Position numbers and translations under genes: made by a program. Positions 36,330-50,300 of a DNA stretch of 64,000 nucleotides are shown in pieces (the first letter of the stretch is position 1; each line of letters starts with the position of its first letter). The notes beneath the pieces were generated by a model. It was not told the DNA's origin. It made no database searches and worked only from the letters and a program-made list of their open reading frames with translations. This DNA is from Trichosphaerium sp. ATCC 40318 (lineage: Eukaryota > Protista > Tubulinea), in NCBI GenBank assembly GCA_038496445.1, contig JALMLS010000159.1:1-64000 (forward strand), written 5' to 3'.

Positions 36330-39300
36330 ATGGCAGACAAGGTACCGTTGCCTATTTTTGTACTAGATTTTCGCCCAACATCGAACTGCTTTCGCTAGAT
36401 ATGTTGTCTGTATCAGTATACCAGCTCTGTTACTACAGCTACGGTATAAGTAGCAGTACAAAAAGTTTGCGTTTCATTTTTCTTGCAAAAGTAGCTTCCA
36501 TTGAACCTGCACCACTAACAGTCATGTAAATCAAGTACTTACTGTTCATTTTAGTCGCCTAGCGAAGTAGACGGCTCAGGGGTTGAAATTGGGTCTGTAA
36601 ACCTCTCTCGCTTGGCCGTTTTCACAATCAGTCTTTTTGACGATGATAAAGGAGCTAAAGAAAGCGACATTAATGTCAACATACGCGGTGCGTCATATTA
36701 GACAGTAGGAAACATACCCACGCGTTAACGAGCGAACTGATTTTTTTGCTCAAAAAGTAGCAATAATACCACGCCCTCTCTTTCGCTGTATTATTGACTC
36801 TCTGTAAGGTCCCAAGGGATTCCTTAAAGCGGATGTGTACGACAACGAGGATGATTCTTTTGATGTACGATTTACGTACCATATAACGTACTCATCGCGT
36901 TAACTACAGGTTGAATGGACACCAAATGATCCTGGTAACTATAAAATGGAAGTAATAGTAAAAGGGCGTCCAGTCGTTGGTAGCCCATTCCACTTTGATC
37001 TCAGTGATGGCAATCGTGAGTACTTCTTCGTTTTTATACTTTAAATTGCCAAAATCAAGTAAACGTGTTTAACCTCCCTTAGCTGACGCTAACTCATCTG
37101 AAACTATCGGTCCTGGGAAGACAACTGCTCAAGGCCAGGGCCTAGATGCCTCAGAAGTAGGTAAAGTGGCTATATTCACTATTTACCCAAAGGTATGTGT
37201 ATTGATGTAGTAGCATAAGATTGTCTAAGCGTAATTATTAAAGGATGATTCTGGAGCTGAAATGAAGCTGAGATTAGATCAAGTCACCGCTGATATCATA
37301 GGCTCAAATGGTTCTGTTCCATGTGAGATTTTCGACAATGGAGATGGTACGTATTCACTTTTTATTACTGCTAGTTGAAATTTGTTCTTACTTTTCTTTT
37401 TTAGGTACCTTTGATGGTGAATGGTCCGCAAGTGAACCGGGAGAGTATAAAATTACTGTAAATATATGTGGGAAGCCTATTGAGGGCTCTCCAATCGTTG
37501 TAACACTAAAAGCTGGTACTTTACAAAAAAACCGTTTAAAGATACATAATTATTAACAACTCTTTTTAGCTGACTCAAAAAGTGCTACAAAGGCTGGAAA
37601 GAGCGAAGTTGCTGGGCCTGGTATTAGAGAAGCTGATATTATACTCAATGAAGTCAATGCTTTCACCATTTATTTGAAAGATGCTAATAACAAGGATATG
37701 CCTGTTGCAGAAGAAGATGTCGCTGTTAATATTACTGGACCGGTACGTCAGTTAAAAAAAAAAGCCGTTCCTGTTAAGTACGCAATCTGACATTTGTTAA
37801 GCCACAACAAAAAGAAATATTTCACAATCCTGCCGATCATAGTGTGGATGTAGAGTGGACACCTTCTGTAGCTGGTACATATGTTATAGATATTAAAATC
37901 AGAGGAGAACCCCTTGTTGTGCGTTTTTTTCAAGCGAATACAAAGTTAGTAACAGCTGTACTCAAAAACTGGTATTAGGGATCACCTTTCACAATAAATG
38001 CTACTGGAAATGGTTCAGGTGGCTTCAGTAAAACGGAATGCGAGGTATGTACACGTGAGCGATGGTGTTTGTTTAATTGTTTAAAGGGACCTGGCTTAGA
38101 GGGCAAGTCAATCGTATTGGATGCCATAAATCTCTTTACAATACACATAAAAGATGATGAAGGCAAAGAACAAAAAATTCGTGAATCAAGGCTTAAAGTA
38201 AAGCTAACTCGTATGTACCTTCTTATACGCACAAAATTGCACATAGTCTAAAACAATTTGTAGATAACGAAAAAGCACACAAAACCGTTGAAGTCTTCGA
38301 TAATGGTGACGGTATGTTGAACTTTTATGTTAAAATCTTTGATTCATTTACTAAATCTCGAAAACAGGGACTTTTGATGTGGAATGGAAGCCAACAGAAG
38401 AGGGACTATACTCAATAGATGTACTCATTGATGGAGAGTCATTAGAGTCATTCCCAAGGTCTCTTAATGTTGGCCAGAGTGATACACCTACTCTTGATAT
38501 CTCTGCTTGTAAATTAACTGGTGCTGGTGTATCTGAAGGACAGGAAGTTAGATTAGACGCAATAAATATCCTCACGTTGCGAGCAAAGGGCACAGACGGA
38601 GAACCTTTCAAAGTAAGTACATAGAACATTTTTTGAAAAAATTGTATTTCTCACTTGGTGCACTATTTTATAATTTTTTAGTTTGATCACGAATTAATAT
38701 CTGCCTCTATTACTGGTGCAGCAACATTAGCTGCAGAAATATATGATAATGGTAAACATACAAACAAAATGTAAATGTTTTTTGCTAATACGTTTTTTAA
38801 GAGGATGGCAGTTACGATATGGAGTGGGAGCCTAGGAAATCAGGCGAATACAATATTAGCGTTAGTATTGGTAGCGAAGATATTCCAGGAAGTCCATTTA
38901 CAGTTACTATAAAGGAAGCTCCAGGTAAAGCCATCGATTTGTTTAGGAATTTTTTTGACTTTGCTTTTAGAACGAGAAAAGATTACATTGAAAGGTGATG
39001 GACTCACCACTGGTACGACTAGAGGTGTCTCTCTATTCGCTATACAATCTTCAAAACGTATCGATCAATCACGTATTAAGGTATGAACAATGAACCAAAT
39101 TTTCTTCTTGTGTTTATTTTTTGATAAGTTCGTATAAAAAACTCACTTTATAATCTTAGATAAACATTTCTGGACCATCAAAGGTGACCCCAGCCTTGTT
39201 CCCTCTCGATGAAAAGAACATTGATGTTGAGTGGACAGCTGTAGTGCCTGGAAAGTACACAATTGTTGTTACTGTAGATGGTAAAGTAGTGAAGGATTGC

Positions 39301-42300
39301 CCATACGTTGCTACTGTAGAAGGAGGTATTGTATTAATGCTTAAAATAATTATAACTAACCAACCAATAATTAGAAATTCCAAAACTTTCAAAAGAAAAC
39401 ACAGGCACACTCACGAAATTCCATTCTCATTTTTTTCTCACTATGTAATTAAGGCGTTGTTGGTAAAGGTATACAAACTGGCGAAGTCATTGTTGGTACC
39501 ACCGCTGTATTTGGTGTTATCCCTAGAGATCAAAATGTGCGTTATCACGTGACCTTTTTTTTTGAGAGAAACACATTGTAAGTTTGTACCTTATGTTTTT
39601 ATTGTTAGAGTGACCCATTCTCTGTTGAAACGAAAGATATTGTTATCAAAATTACTGGTGGTGAAATAGAAGGTCCAGAAATCTTTGCTAATGAAGATGG
39701 TACTTTTGATATTGAGTGGATTGCACAGACTTCTGGTACATTCACTATTGCTACAACAATTTGTGGTGTTGAATTCGAAACACAAACTGTTGTTGTCGAA
39801 CCAGTATTTGATGTAAAAATGGTCTCAATTGAGTACGTCCAAGCAAAGAACTTTTTTTGGTTTTTATACTTTCTTTTTACAAGAAACTTTTGACTCCTGT
39901 ATAGGCGACCTTCTAATAGACCAATTGAAATTGGAGATACACAACACTTTATATTACATGGTGCAGGGTATGAACCTGAAGAAGTTGCAGTTGTTTTCAG
40001 AGTATGTTTTGTTTTGTTAAATTATTTTTTGTTGCAGCTGTTAACAGAGTCTAGGGCACTCCAATTGAGGTTAATACAAATGCAAAGCTTCCTGGTGAAT
40101 GTCGTGTTGAGTTTAGCTTTGAAAAAGCAGGAACTTATCCTCTTGATGTAACAATCAAAGGAAAGACTGTACCAGGTTCTCCTATCATTGTATGTTCTTA
40201 CAATTTTCTTTACCTTACGAGTTGTTTAAATTAAACGTTTCAACAGGTAATGGTAAAAGAAGAGAAGAAACCTACTGATCCTAAGAACTGCAAAGCTGAG
40301 GTAATAGCAAACTATAACCTTAAGCCTACAACTGCTTACTTTATCACAAGGGTCAAGGATTATCAATGGCGTTCAGCGGTAAACCTGCTGCTTTTGTTGT
40401 TCACTTGAAAGACGCAGAAGGTGAGTACTAATTAGTTTTTAGCTCGTCTGTAACGCTACTTTTTAGGTAAAGTTGCTACATCAGATAGTACTGTTACGTG
40501 CTTGGTAACATCTGAGAGTGGTCGTAAGACAAGCGGTGAAGTCAAAGTTGGTCTATCTGGTGTACAAAACGTTTCATACACACCAGAGAGCGACGTAATG
40601 CGTAACCTTGTTTATTGTCTTATACTTAAACTTCGTATAGGGCTATCATAGCATTGAAGTTAAAGTAGACGGCGTCAGAGTTCCTGGTGCACCTTTCAGA
40701 GCACTTGTTGTTCCAAGTAAGTAATTTCTTGTTTTTTATTTTGATTGTTTCACAATTATAACTTTGTTGAATAGGCCAAGCCTTAACTTGTGCATTGCGT
40801 GGTGATTGGCTAAAAGAATCTTACTTGGGTAAAGGAAGCTTTGTTGTATTCTTTACAGACGCATCAGGCAAGTTTACTAGTTGAATCTGTTGTATACTTT
40901 GTTGGGTTCTATGCAAATGATTACGATTTTCTTATTTTTTTCTTAGGTGATGCTTACACTATCAAGCCTGAGCATGTTAAAGTAACATTATCTGGACCAT
41001 CTAAAGTCCAAGCAGACCTACAAATTGGCACAGAACCAGCGTCTATCGATGCTGCGTTTAGTGTTGATACAGCTGGCTCGTACAAGTTAGATGTCACTTT
41101 ATTTGGTACGCTTTATGAAAAATCGATTAGACTAACGTTTGTAAGGCACTTCTGTACTTCCATCACCTGTAGATGTATCTATTGAAGCCAAACCTGAAGA
41201 GAAGGCTCCTGAACCTGAAGTTGCTGAACCGGTAAAAGAACCTGAACCTCAGCCAACAGAAGAGCCAACAGAACCAGAGAAAGTGGAGGAGCCAGTAAAA
41301 GAGCCAGAAGCTCAACCAACAGAAGAACCAGCTACAGAGCCAGTTAAAGAACCAGAGAAGGTAGAAGAGCCAGAAAAAGTACCTGAAGAAACAGCACCTG
41401 AACCTGAAGTTACTGAACCGGTGAAAGAACCAGAAACTCAGCCAACAGAAGAACCAGCTGCAGAGCCAGAACCAAAGAAGGTAGAAGAACCAGCTACAGA
41501 GGCCACAAAAGAACCTGAACCGGAGAAAGCAGAAGAACCTGAAGTTTCTGAGCCAGTACAAGAACCTGAGCCATCGAAGGAACCAGAAGCTCAACCTGAG
41601 CCAGTGAAAGAACCAACTGAGTCAGTGGAACCTGCTTTGCCATCAGAGCCTGTTGAGGCTGCGCCTGAACCATCTAAGGAACAAGAACCTGAACCTACCA
41701 CAGAGATTGCGCCTGAACCAGCAAAGGAAGCAGAACCAGAGCCAGCAAAGGAACCTGAGCCAGAACCTGTCAAGGAGCCCGAACCAGAACCAGTGAAGGA
41801 AACTGAACCAGAGCCAGCAAAGGAACCAGAACCTGTCAAGGAACCAGAGCCTGAACCAGCAAAGGAACCAGAACCGGAGCCAGCAAAGGAACCTGAGCCA
41901 GAACCTGTCAAGGAGGCTGAACCAGAACCAGTGAAGGAAGCTGAACCAGAGCCTGCGAAGGAGCCTGAACCAGAGCCTGTCAAGGAACCAGAACCAGAGC
42001 CTGCGAAGGAACCTGAACCAGCTGCTGAGGATGCAAGTACAACGCCAGCTCCTGAAGAAGAACTCAGTCCTGAAGACCTTGAGCGTCAAAGACGTCTTGA
42101 AAACAGAAGAAGCAGACGTGGTACTCCTCGTGAGATATTACCTATTGCTCCTCCTGTGTCTGCTACTGCAGAAGATAGCGTATTAGACTTTTCATCTCTT
42201 ATCAATCCTAAACACGTACGTCGGTTTTTATCTGTGCTAGTTAATGGTAATCTCACTATTATTAGAACCAAGAAGCATCATTTAAAATCGAAGCAAAAGG

Positions 42301-45300
42301 CGCTAATGGCGCAAAAGTCACAGATCCAGCAGATGCATTTGATGTCTGTATTACAGTACGTTTGATTTCTTTTATAACTTTGATTACAAGTACTCATTCC
42401 CACTAAAGGGTCCTGAAAACGCTCATGTAACCTGTGATATGACCAAGGATGCCGATGGTGTTTACAATGCATCATTTACACCAGCTGATCCAGGGTTGTT
42501 CTCTGTTGGTATGTGCTTCTAGTACCGAATGTGCTTCACAAGCTTACTTTGTTTGTTAGATGTTAAATGCGGTGGTAAGCATTTGAGTGGTAGTCCTCAT
42601 GAGGTCACTGTAAAGCCTGGTTCAGGATTGAAATGTAAATTACAAGGAGGAGGTTTAAAGGGTACTGTTGTAGGCAAAGAAACAACATTCTTGCTTCGTA
42701 CAACAGATACGTCTGGTTCTCCACTTGCTATTGACTTGCGTGTTATACAAGTAAATATTTCAGGACCAGGAGCTGCTACAGCGCGCATTGCAAAGGACGG
42801 AGGTATGTCTTTGTTTGGTTGTGTTTGAGGTTAACGTCTTCTTGCAGATAAGGGCGCATACGCCATTACTTATTCTGGACAAGCACCTGGTGCTCATGCT
42901 CTTAATATTTTAATGTATGGTAAGAACATACTTGGCAAGGCTATGAACGTAAGTTATCGGAGTTTTTTCTTATCGGATAAACAAGCGAAGGCTTCAATTG
43001 TAGTAACTTTATGTAGTTGAATATTGCTGGTGAGCCAACCAAAACACCAGAGCCTACTCCTGAACCTACACCTGAACAACCAAAGGTTGTTAGAGAGAAA
43101 CCAAAAGACCTTAAGTGCAAACTCGCAGGTACATTGTTGTAATTTGTAAAAACAACTTAAAAGTGGCCACGTGGTGTGACAGAAGAAACTCATTTTTTAT
43201 TTTAGGTATGGGCCTAAAGACAGGTGTTGCAGGAGGTGACTGTAAATTCCGTATAATAACGTTATCGAAGGTATGGCGTACCACACAGAAAATCGTTTTA
43301 ATTGAGGTTTTTTATAGGATAAACCAATTGCTTTATCACTTGAAGATATTGGTGTTACAGTAACTGGACCTTCTGAGGTTACACCTAGTATTACCACAAA
43401 GGATGCTGGTCACTATGAGGTGAACTACCGCTGTAGTGAAGCAGGTCAATACGAGCTATCTGTGAATCTATTTGCGAAGGTACTATATTTTTTTTGGGTT
43501 TGCTACAACCGGTAGTATATATTGCTTTTATTAACTTGCTTAGCCTATACTTCCAAAGCCAATAAAAGTCTCCATAACAGGAAGAATAATGGCAAGAGCT
43601 CAGTCTAAACGAGCTGAACCAGAAGCAATGAAGTACGTAGTTAGTTGACTGTCTAATTGATTAGAACTTTTGAGTACGTACTTGTGCTTACTTCTATTGT
43701 AGATTGAAATATTCTGGTCCTAGTAAAAGAGCTACTCCACAAAGTACACAAGTTCGTGCTAAGGTAAATCAAGAAGATAAAGAAAAAGCAGAAGGTGTCC
43801 AATACAAATGTAAATTAGATGTACGCAAACTCTTCTTTCTCTTTTGTCTTTTTTTTTCTTTCTCTTTATTGTCAATCCTCTATTACTCTTCCTTGTTGTA
43901 TGAGCTCACATATGATTCTTTAGGGAGTCGGTTTGAAACAGAGTACAGTTGGTGAAGCCAACACATTCACAGTTACTGCAACACAAGTAAGTCTTTAGTA
44001 GTTTATTTTGGGTTTTTGTCATGGTAAACTAACTTTTCTTGTTAGGGTGATGTTGAGGCACAACTATCTGATAATGATGTTACTGTGTCCATTACTGGAC
44101 CTTCTACTATTTCACCTACCATCACAAAGACAGGAAAGGGTACTTTCTCTGTTACCTATACAGCAGATACTGCTGGTAGCTATGAAATTTCTGTATCCTT
44201 GTTTGGTAAGCCAGTACTTGCCAAATCATTGGCTTTACGTATTCGTGAGAAACCAAAGGAGGCACCAGCAGGTACGTATTCATAAAGATACATTCTGAGG
44301 ACCACACAGCGTCCTGTTTGAGTTTTTTTGAAGAGAACTGTACTTACATTTTTTCGCAAAATAGGAAAAGGAAAAGCTCCAAATAAGAACTTGAAGATGT
44401 CTCTCAAGGGTCTTGGTTTAAAGAGTGGTAAAGTTGGAACACCTTCAACGTTTACGTTGTTCGTTTCAGATACGAATAGCGATCCTTACCATATTGATGT
44501 AAGCGAGCTTAAGGTTGAAGTTACAGGTATGTTTTCTTTCACTAAAATAGTTTTTTTGTTGTTTGCTCACTTGTGTTGACTAGGAGATTCTCCTATAACC
44601 GCTGATATTACTGATAATAATGATGGTTCTTACACAACTACATATATACCTGATACAGCAGGAACATATGGTGTAATGATATCCATGTTTGGCAAGCCAA
44701 TTTTAAGCAAACCGCTTCAAGTAACAATTTCAAATAGTACGGTTAATGTTTCTTATGTTTTTGTACTTACGTTTTTTTTAGCCATTTCTGCTGCTTCTTG
44801 CGAAGCTGAAGGACCTGGATTGAAGTCATTAGAGTTATATAAAGAGAATGTATTTACAATATACGCTAAGGACGCCCAAGGACGCCGACTTACAACAGGA
44901 AGAGATTCCTTCCAGGTTCGGGATTTTTTCTTATGTTCGAGTCCTTAACTTTTTTCCGCTTAGATTCGTGCAAGTGGTCCTACACAGGCAACTATTCAGA
45001 TGTCTGATAAACAAAATGGCACATATGGTGTTGTTTTTGTACCTAAAGCTACTGGATCGTACACTATCGATGTACTTTGTGGTGGTGTTAGCATTAAAGG
45101 ATCTCCATTCTCTGTTGTTTGTGGAGGAAATGGTAAGAAAATATTATTTGTTTTTTTTTTTTTTGTGTTTTGACTTGTAGCTGATTTCTTTGTCTTAGAA
45201 CGTGGTTCAGATATTTCTGCACATCCTAAAGCTCGTAAAGAGAATATTGAGGTTACAGCAAAAGATGCACGTGGTCGACGAAAATGGAAAGGAGGCGATA

Positions 45301-45652
45301 ACTTCGTCTGTGCTATTATTGTACGTGTTCGCTTTTGTTCTTCATTTTCCTCACTCTGTTTCCTTTTCAGGGACCAGATGGTGCTATTAATGTAGAAACT
45401 AAGGACCACGGTAATGGTAAATACACAGCAACATATTGTGTGCCTCCAGGAAGATATAGGTGCGCCTCAATGCTGGAAACCAGCCTAATCAACACCCGAA
45501 GAAGTAGACTGTTGTTTATTACGTTTTGAGATGCTCTAATATTCTTCTTTTTTGTACCCAAGTAACTTATCTCTCATAGGGTTAACATCCTTCTAAATGG
45601 AAGTCATGTAAACGGAAGTCCTTACACAGAAGATATAACAATGGCACAATAA
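36330..45652 (+). CDS. Large filamin (Ig-like) repeat protein, about 17 repeats, no CH actin-binding domain seen, central PEVK-like segment
   Basis: Recurrent C.AEGPGL..FTI..D.GDG.Y.V.W/Y.P...G.Y.I.V...G..I.GSPF units over dozens of short exons. ATG GCA GAC AAG|gt at 36330; TAA at 45650-45652. Confidence 0.88.
41190..42020 (+). repeat. Coding tandem repeat ([16 protein letters not shown], 24-bp units in the 3' half)
   Basis: About 275 codons composed almost entirely of E, P, K, V, A and T, within one long exon. Confidence 0.9.
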
Positions 45653-45930
45653 AACAAAAACCCCAAAAGGGTTTTGTAAAAAACTCGAAAAAAAATAAAA
45701 GAACTCGAATGAAGACGGAATTTGTTTGTTAAAAGAGCCAGTGTGGTAAGGTAGACAGTGAGTTTCCAACGTTAAACAAATTAATAAAGTTGTACCAAAG
45801 TATACACAAAGTACCTACAACACATTGGTAAACGTTTATAAAAAACAAATTTTTTTGGCAAACCCCAACAGCCTGTTTGGTTTTTTGTTAACAAAACTGG
45901 TGTTCTGGAAGTTCTATGTTACACAGTTGA

Positions 45931-45982
45931 TTGCTGTAACAGAACTCATCATATTTCTGTCACTTCTTTGTTATAAGTTCAA
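45931..45982 (+). pseudogene. 52-bp remnant of the P450 last exon
   Basis: TTGCTGTAACAGAACTCATCATATTTCTGTCACTTCTTTGTTATAAGTTCAA is almost identical to 55202-55253 (AVTELxIFLSLLCY). Confidence 0.75.
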
Positions 45983-47356
45983 CAATACGATCGCCGTATT
46001 TTACTTAGTGCGGTCTCATTGCTACTCACCAAGGAGCTATAAAATCGAGTACAAATTAATAATGATTTTTACATGCTAACTTACTAGCATCACGTGCGAA
46101 TGATGGCACGTTCATGCGTAAGAGGAGTATTAAACGTGAGATAACGTTAAAATCTTAAAGAAAATTCCAAGCGCTTCCAAAGTATCTTGCGCTGAGTGTA
46201 TGGTATTAACATGCACGTATAATCCGTTTTAGAGTATAACAGACAACTGTTGAACCTAGAGGTCATCAGAGACGCCAACAGAACTACATACGCTAATGTA
46301 CCAAATAAAACATAATTGGTTAAAAACACGTGGTCGCAATAATCTGTATGTGTTGTACAATCGTCATGTGGATTTTATTTTCTCCAGAACTGACAAGATC
46401 CATCAGATCTTATAGCTTTTGAGACAGATCTTGCAAGAACTAATAAGATCTTGTAAGAACTAACAGAAGTTGCAAGATCTGTCAGATCTGACTAAACACG
46501 AAAACCAAAAGTCACAAACAGCAAATAGTTGCACAGTTTTGCAAACCTGAATGATACGGACAATATCCAGTGAATCTATGATATTGGCGTGATGTGTATG
46601 TGATTGGTTTTCAGTAGCCTATTTATGGCTGTTCACTAGCCACTTTAAGTTGTGAAATAAAATAATGTGCAATAGTGAGAGTGACTAATTCTGATTTCTG
46701 GTCACCTTGTTCGTTGGACTATTTACAGAGTAACTAACTGTTATTCAACATTCTTGTTGGATTATTCTACAAAAAAAGAGACGATTATTGGCTATTGTAC
46801 TGGTATTGTTATTTAATAGCACTTTCTTTGCGCTTGCAGTGGTTTAAGCTTAACTTTTCTGTTTTAGTTCGAAAATATCTCTAACTCGGTTTAATCTACT
46901 GTTCTGCGTTTAAATATGGCCTACACTGATAGTCTAGACAAGGGTAAGTGAAGTTCCGCTCCACAAATTTCAGCTTGAAATTTTTTTTTTTGTTTGGCAC
47001 GTGACAATTTTCATGAGAAACGTTTCCACTTTTCGGTGCGGGTTGCCCAGGACCACTTTTTTGCAAGAAAAATTCGCTGGAGCTTTTTTTGCACAATTGT
47101 GGTGCTTTCACTAAAACAAACAAAAGTGTTTGGTTTAGTATGTCCGTGCGCATAGGCAAGGCAACCCACATTATTACATCTTTTTGTGTGTAAGACTTTT
47201 GATATCACTAAAAAAACCAATTAAAAACTCTGCCTCTGAATGTGTTTGAACCATTAGACTACGTGTAAAAATGCATACAAAGGTGGAATGGTTTAACTAA
47301 AAATCAACATATTTTCAACGCCATGAATTGCATGTTAAAACAAGATAGAACGTGGC

Positions 47357-50300
47357 ATGTTAACAATTCAAAGCCTAAAAGATTTTTCTTTACTTTGTTG
47401 TGCTTATTGTACTCACAAAAAGTATGAACTAGGAGGTCATCTCGCATATAGGGGAGAGGTAAAGAATGGTAAGCGTGACGGTTTTGGTGAGCTGTATCAT
47501 ATAAAAGATATTGTCGAAGTCAATCAAGGTGATACTCTCGAATACAAAGGTCAGTTTAAGGACGATAAGTTTTATTGTGATGGTGAGCTTTGTTACTTAT
47601 ATGGTACTCTCGAATACAAAGGTCAGTTTAAGAACAATAAGTTTCATGGTGATGGTGAGAAGTATTACCTAGATGGTACTCTCAAATACAAAGGTCAGTT
47701 TAAGAACAATAACTTTTGTGGTGATGGTGAGCTGTATCGCACAAATGGTACTCTACGATACAAAGGTCAGTTTAAGGACGACAAGTATCATGGTGATGGT
47801 GAGCTGTATCGCACAAATGGTACTTTCATGTACAAAGGTCAGTTTAAGGACGATAAGTATCATGGTGATGGTGAGCGGTATCGCACAGATGGTACTCTCA
47901 TGTACAAAGGTCAGTTTAAGGACGATAAGTTTCATGGTGATGGTAAGCGGTATTGGGAAGATGGTACTCTCATGTACAAAGGTCAGTTTAAGGATGATAA
48001 GTTTCATGGTGATGGTGAGGAGTATCATCTAGATGGTACTCTACGATACAAAGGTCAGTATAAAGACGATAAGTATCATGGTGATGGTGAGGAGTATTAC
48101 AATGGTACTCTCGAATACAAAGGTCAATTTAGGAACAACCAGTATACGGGTGTTGGAGTGTATTTTTATCGAAATGGTACCAAGTACATTGGACAATTTA
48201 TCAACAACAAGTTCCATGGTATTGGTGAGAAGTATTGGCCAGATGGTCGTAAATACATTGGTAAATTTGTGAATGATAAGGCAGTAGGTAAAACACAGAA
48301 AAGTATTGCTGGAAAACCAGACCAGGTTGCCTTTTCTAACAATATGGATAAAACATTCTATCAAGAATTCTTTTTCCCTAGCAATGATGTACAAGAAGAT
48401 ATAACACCAGTTACTGTGTGTTCTGACAATATTAAAGATGAGAATTCTGAGAGAGATCTCAAGAAATTGTTTCCGAATCCAGATAATACTATCCTTGATA
48501 TCAATGATCCAACTGGAAAAGGTAGACCAGATGGAAAAAGAAGAATGGTATTTGAATTTTATTCTAAAAGACTCTACCAAAACTGTAACAGTATTATTTC
48601 GCAACACCAAGATAGCTCTGAATCAGGTCGTTCTGGTGATATTGTATTTATCTATGACCTTTGTAAAAAAGATCCTGAGATATCACTTCATGAAGGTGCG
48701 GTGTCTTTTATACCACTATCTTTATACATGATTAATTCTTTAAATAGTAACAACTATGGCACGTGGTCTTCCTGGAGTACGTGTGATACCCTTAACAAAG
48801 GACAAAATATCAGACAAAATGATACGACAGTTTAAACACATTTATTGGAGTGACCTCAGTAAAAAGGCTAGTTTAATGAAACATCATGTTGTTGATGGAG
48901 TGAGTCATAACAACTACGATTTTGTTGAGCAATTAGAAGCCAAAATAATGGTTGTAGGACATGAAGGAGCAGGTATTTTGTCAAAGTTGGATGAGTGATA
49001 CACTAAATATTTATTAGGCAAGACAACACTTGTGAGGACATTGGCAAAGGAAACAAATAGAATAGCGGATTCAACAATTGGTTTTGATACATCACATCTC
49101 TCGTATGTTCTACACTTATAGAACCATAGGTTTAATGTGCTTTAGGTTCCGTGGCGTATCATTCACAGTGTTAGACTTTGCTGGACAGGTAGAATACAAA
49201 GGATTACACAAGTACTTTTTAGCAAAGCAACTTACCATTTACATCATCGTTGTAAGTTTGTAGTGCACCAACATCGCACTGTTTCCTTATCATTAACTTT
49301 AGATTGACTTGTCAACATCAATCAAAGAGCAACAGGAGCACCTCAAATATTGGTGTCGGGCTTTAAATGAGATACTACATGATCAAGACCCAAAGTTATA
49401 CTCAGTGATTGTATTTGGATCCAAATTAGATATCTTTTTAGGTGATATCAAGGCCAATAAACAATCATTCCGCCCTATTGGACTATCACTAGTACAGTAC
49501 CTGTGTTTAGACGGTACTGCCTTTATAACATTTTTACAATCGCTTATCCTTACTGTTTAGGAACAAGTGCTCTCGTCAAATTATTGGATCATCAAGCCAA
49601 GTACTTGAAGACCCAATATCCAAAAGTACCATTGATCTACATAAACGTAAAAAAAGCACTTGAGAATACAATCACAAACAAGGATACCCTAAAGGGTAAC
49701 ATCATATCAGTGTACGTTGTGTGTTAGCTGTAGTGGGTCTTGCTTTTGCTGATCAAGTATTTAATTAGGAGGAAAGTATTAGAAGTGATACCCAAGACGT
49801 GTACAATGTCTCCAATAGAATTGGTTGCAGCATTGAATTACCTTCATTCCATTGGTAGCATCATGTTTGACGAGGTGTGTGCTTCTCAAATGAGTAGTAT
49901 GCTTGCTTAAACAACTGACTTGTCTGTGTTTAGTCATCGTACATGCTATGTTTGGACCCTCCTATTCTATCTCATATCATGAGTGCTTTTCTAGCACCCA
50001 AAGAACATCTTGATAGATTGATCAAAAACAACAATCACAATCATCGTGCCGTATTCACTGACTCAGAAGCTAAATCTCGAATCTCAAAGCTATTTCCAAA
50101 ATGCAATAAACGTGAAGTGAAGCAGGTGATGAAATTCTTGGTACAAATGTCGTTCTGTGTTCGCTTGACAGAAGAAGAAAAGGTAACAGATAGTGTATGT
50201 ACTCTACAACTCATTGTCAATGTATTTATTCAGGTTGTGTATGGCGCTGATGGATACCTTATTATATCGCTATTACCTAAAGCTGATATGTTTTACTTTC

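Noticed and set aside
41163-42089. Antisense GSGS- and WF-rich ORFs; likewise alternative-frame ORFs over the MORN and APTT repeats
   Set aside because: Shadow frames of repetitive coding sequence.
46395-46495. Degenerate 20-bp AGATCTTGyAAGAACTAA tandem repeat
   Set aside because: Only 2-4 decayed units, with no TSD or other supporting structure.
47543-48115. CRISPR-like or DGR-like repeat array
   Set aside because: These are in-frame coding repeats with no unique spacers, cas genes, reverse transcriptase or template repeat in the window.
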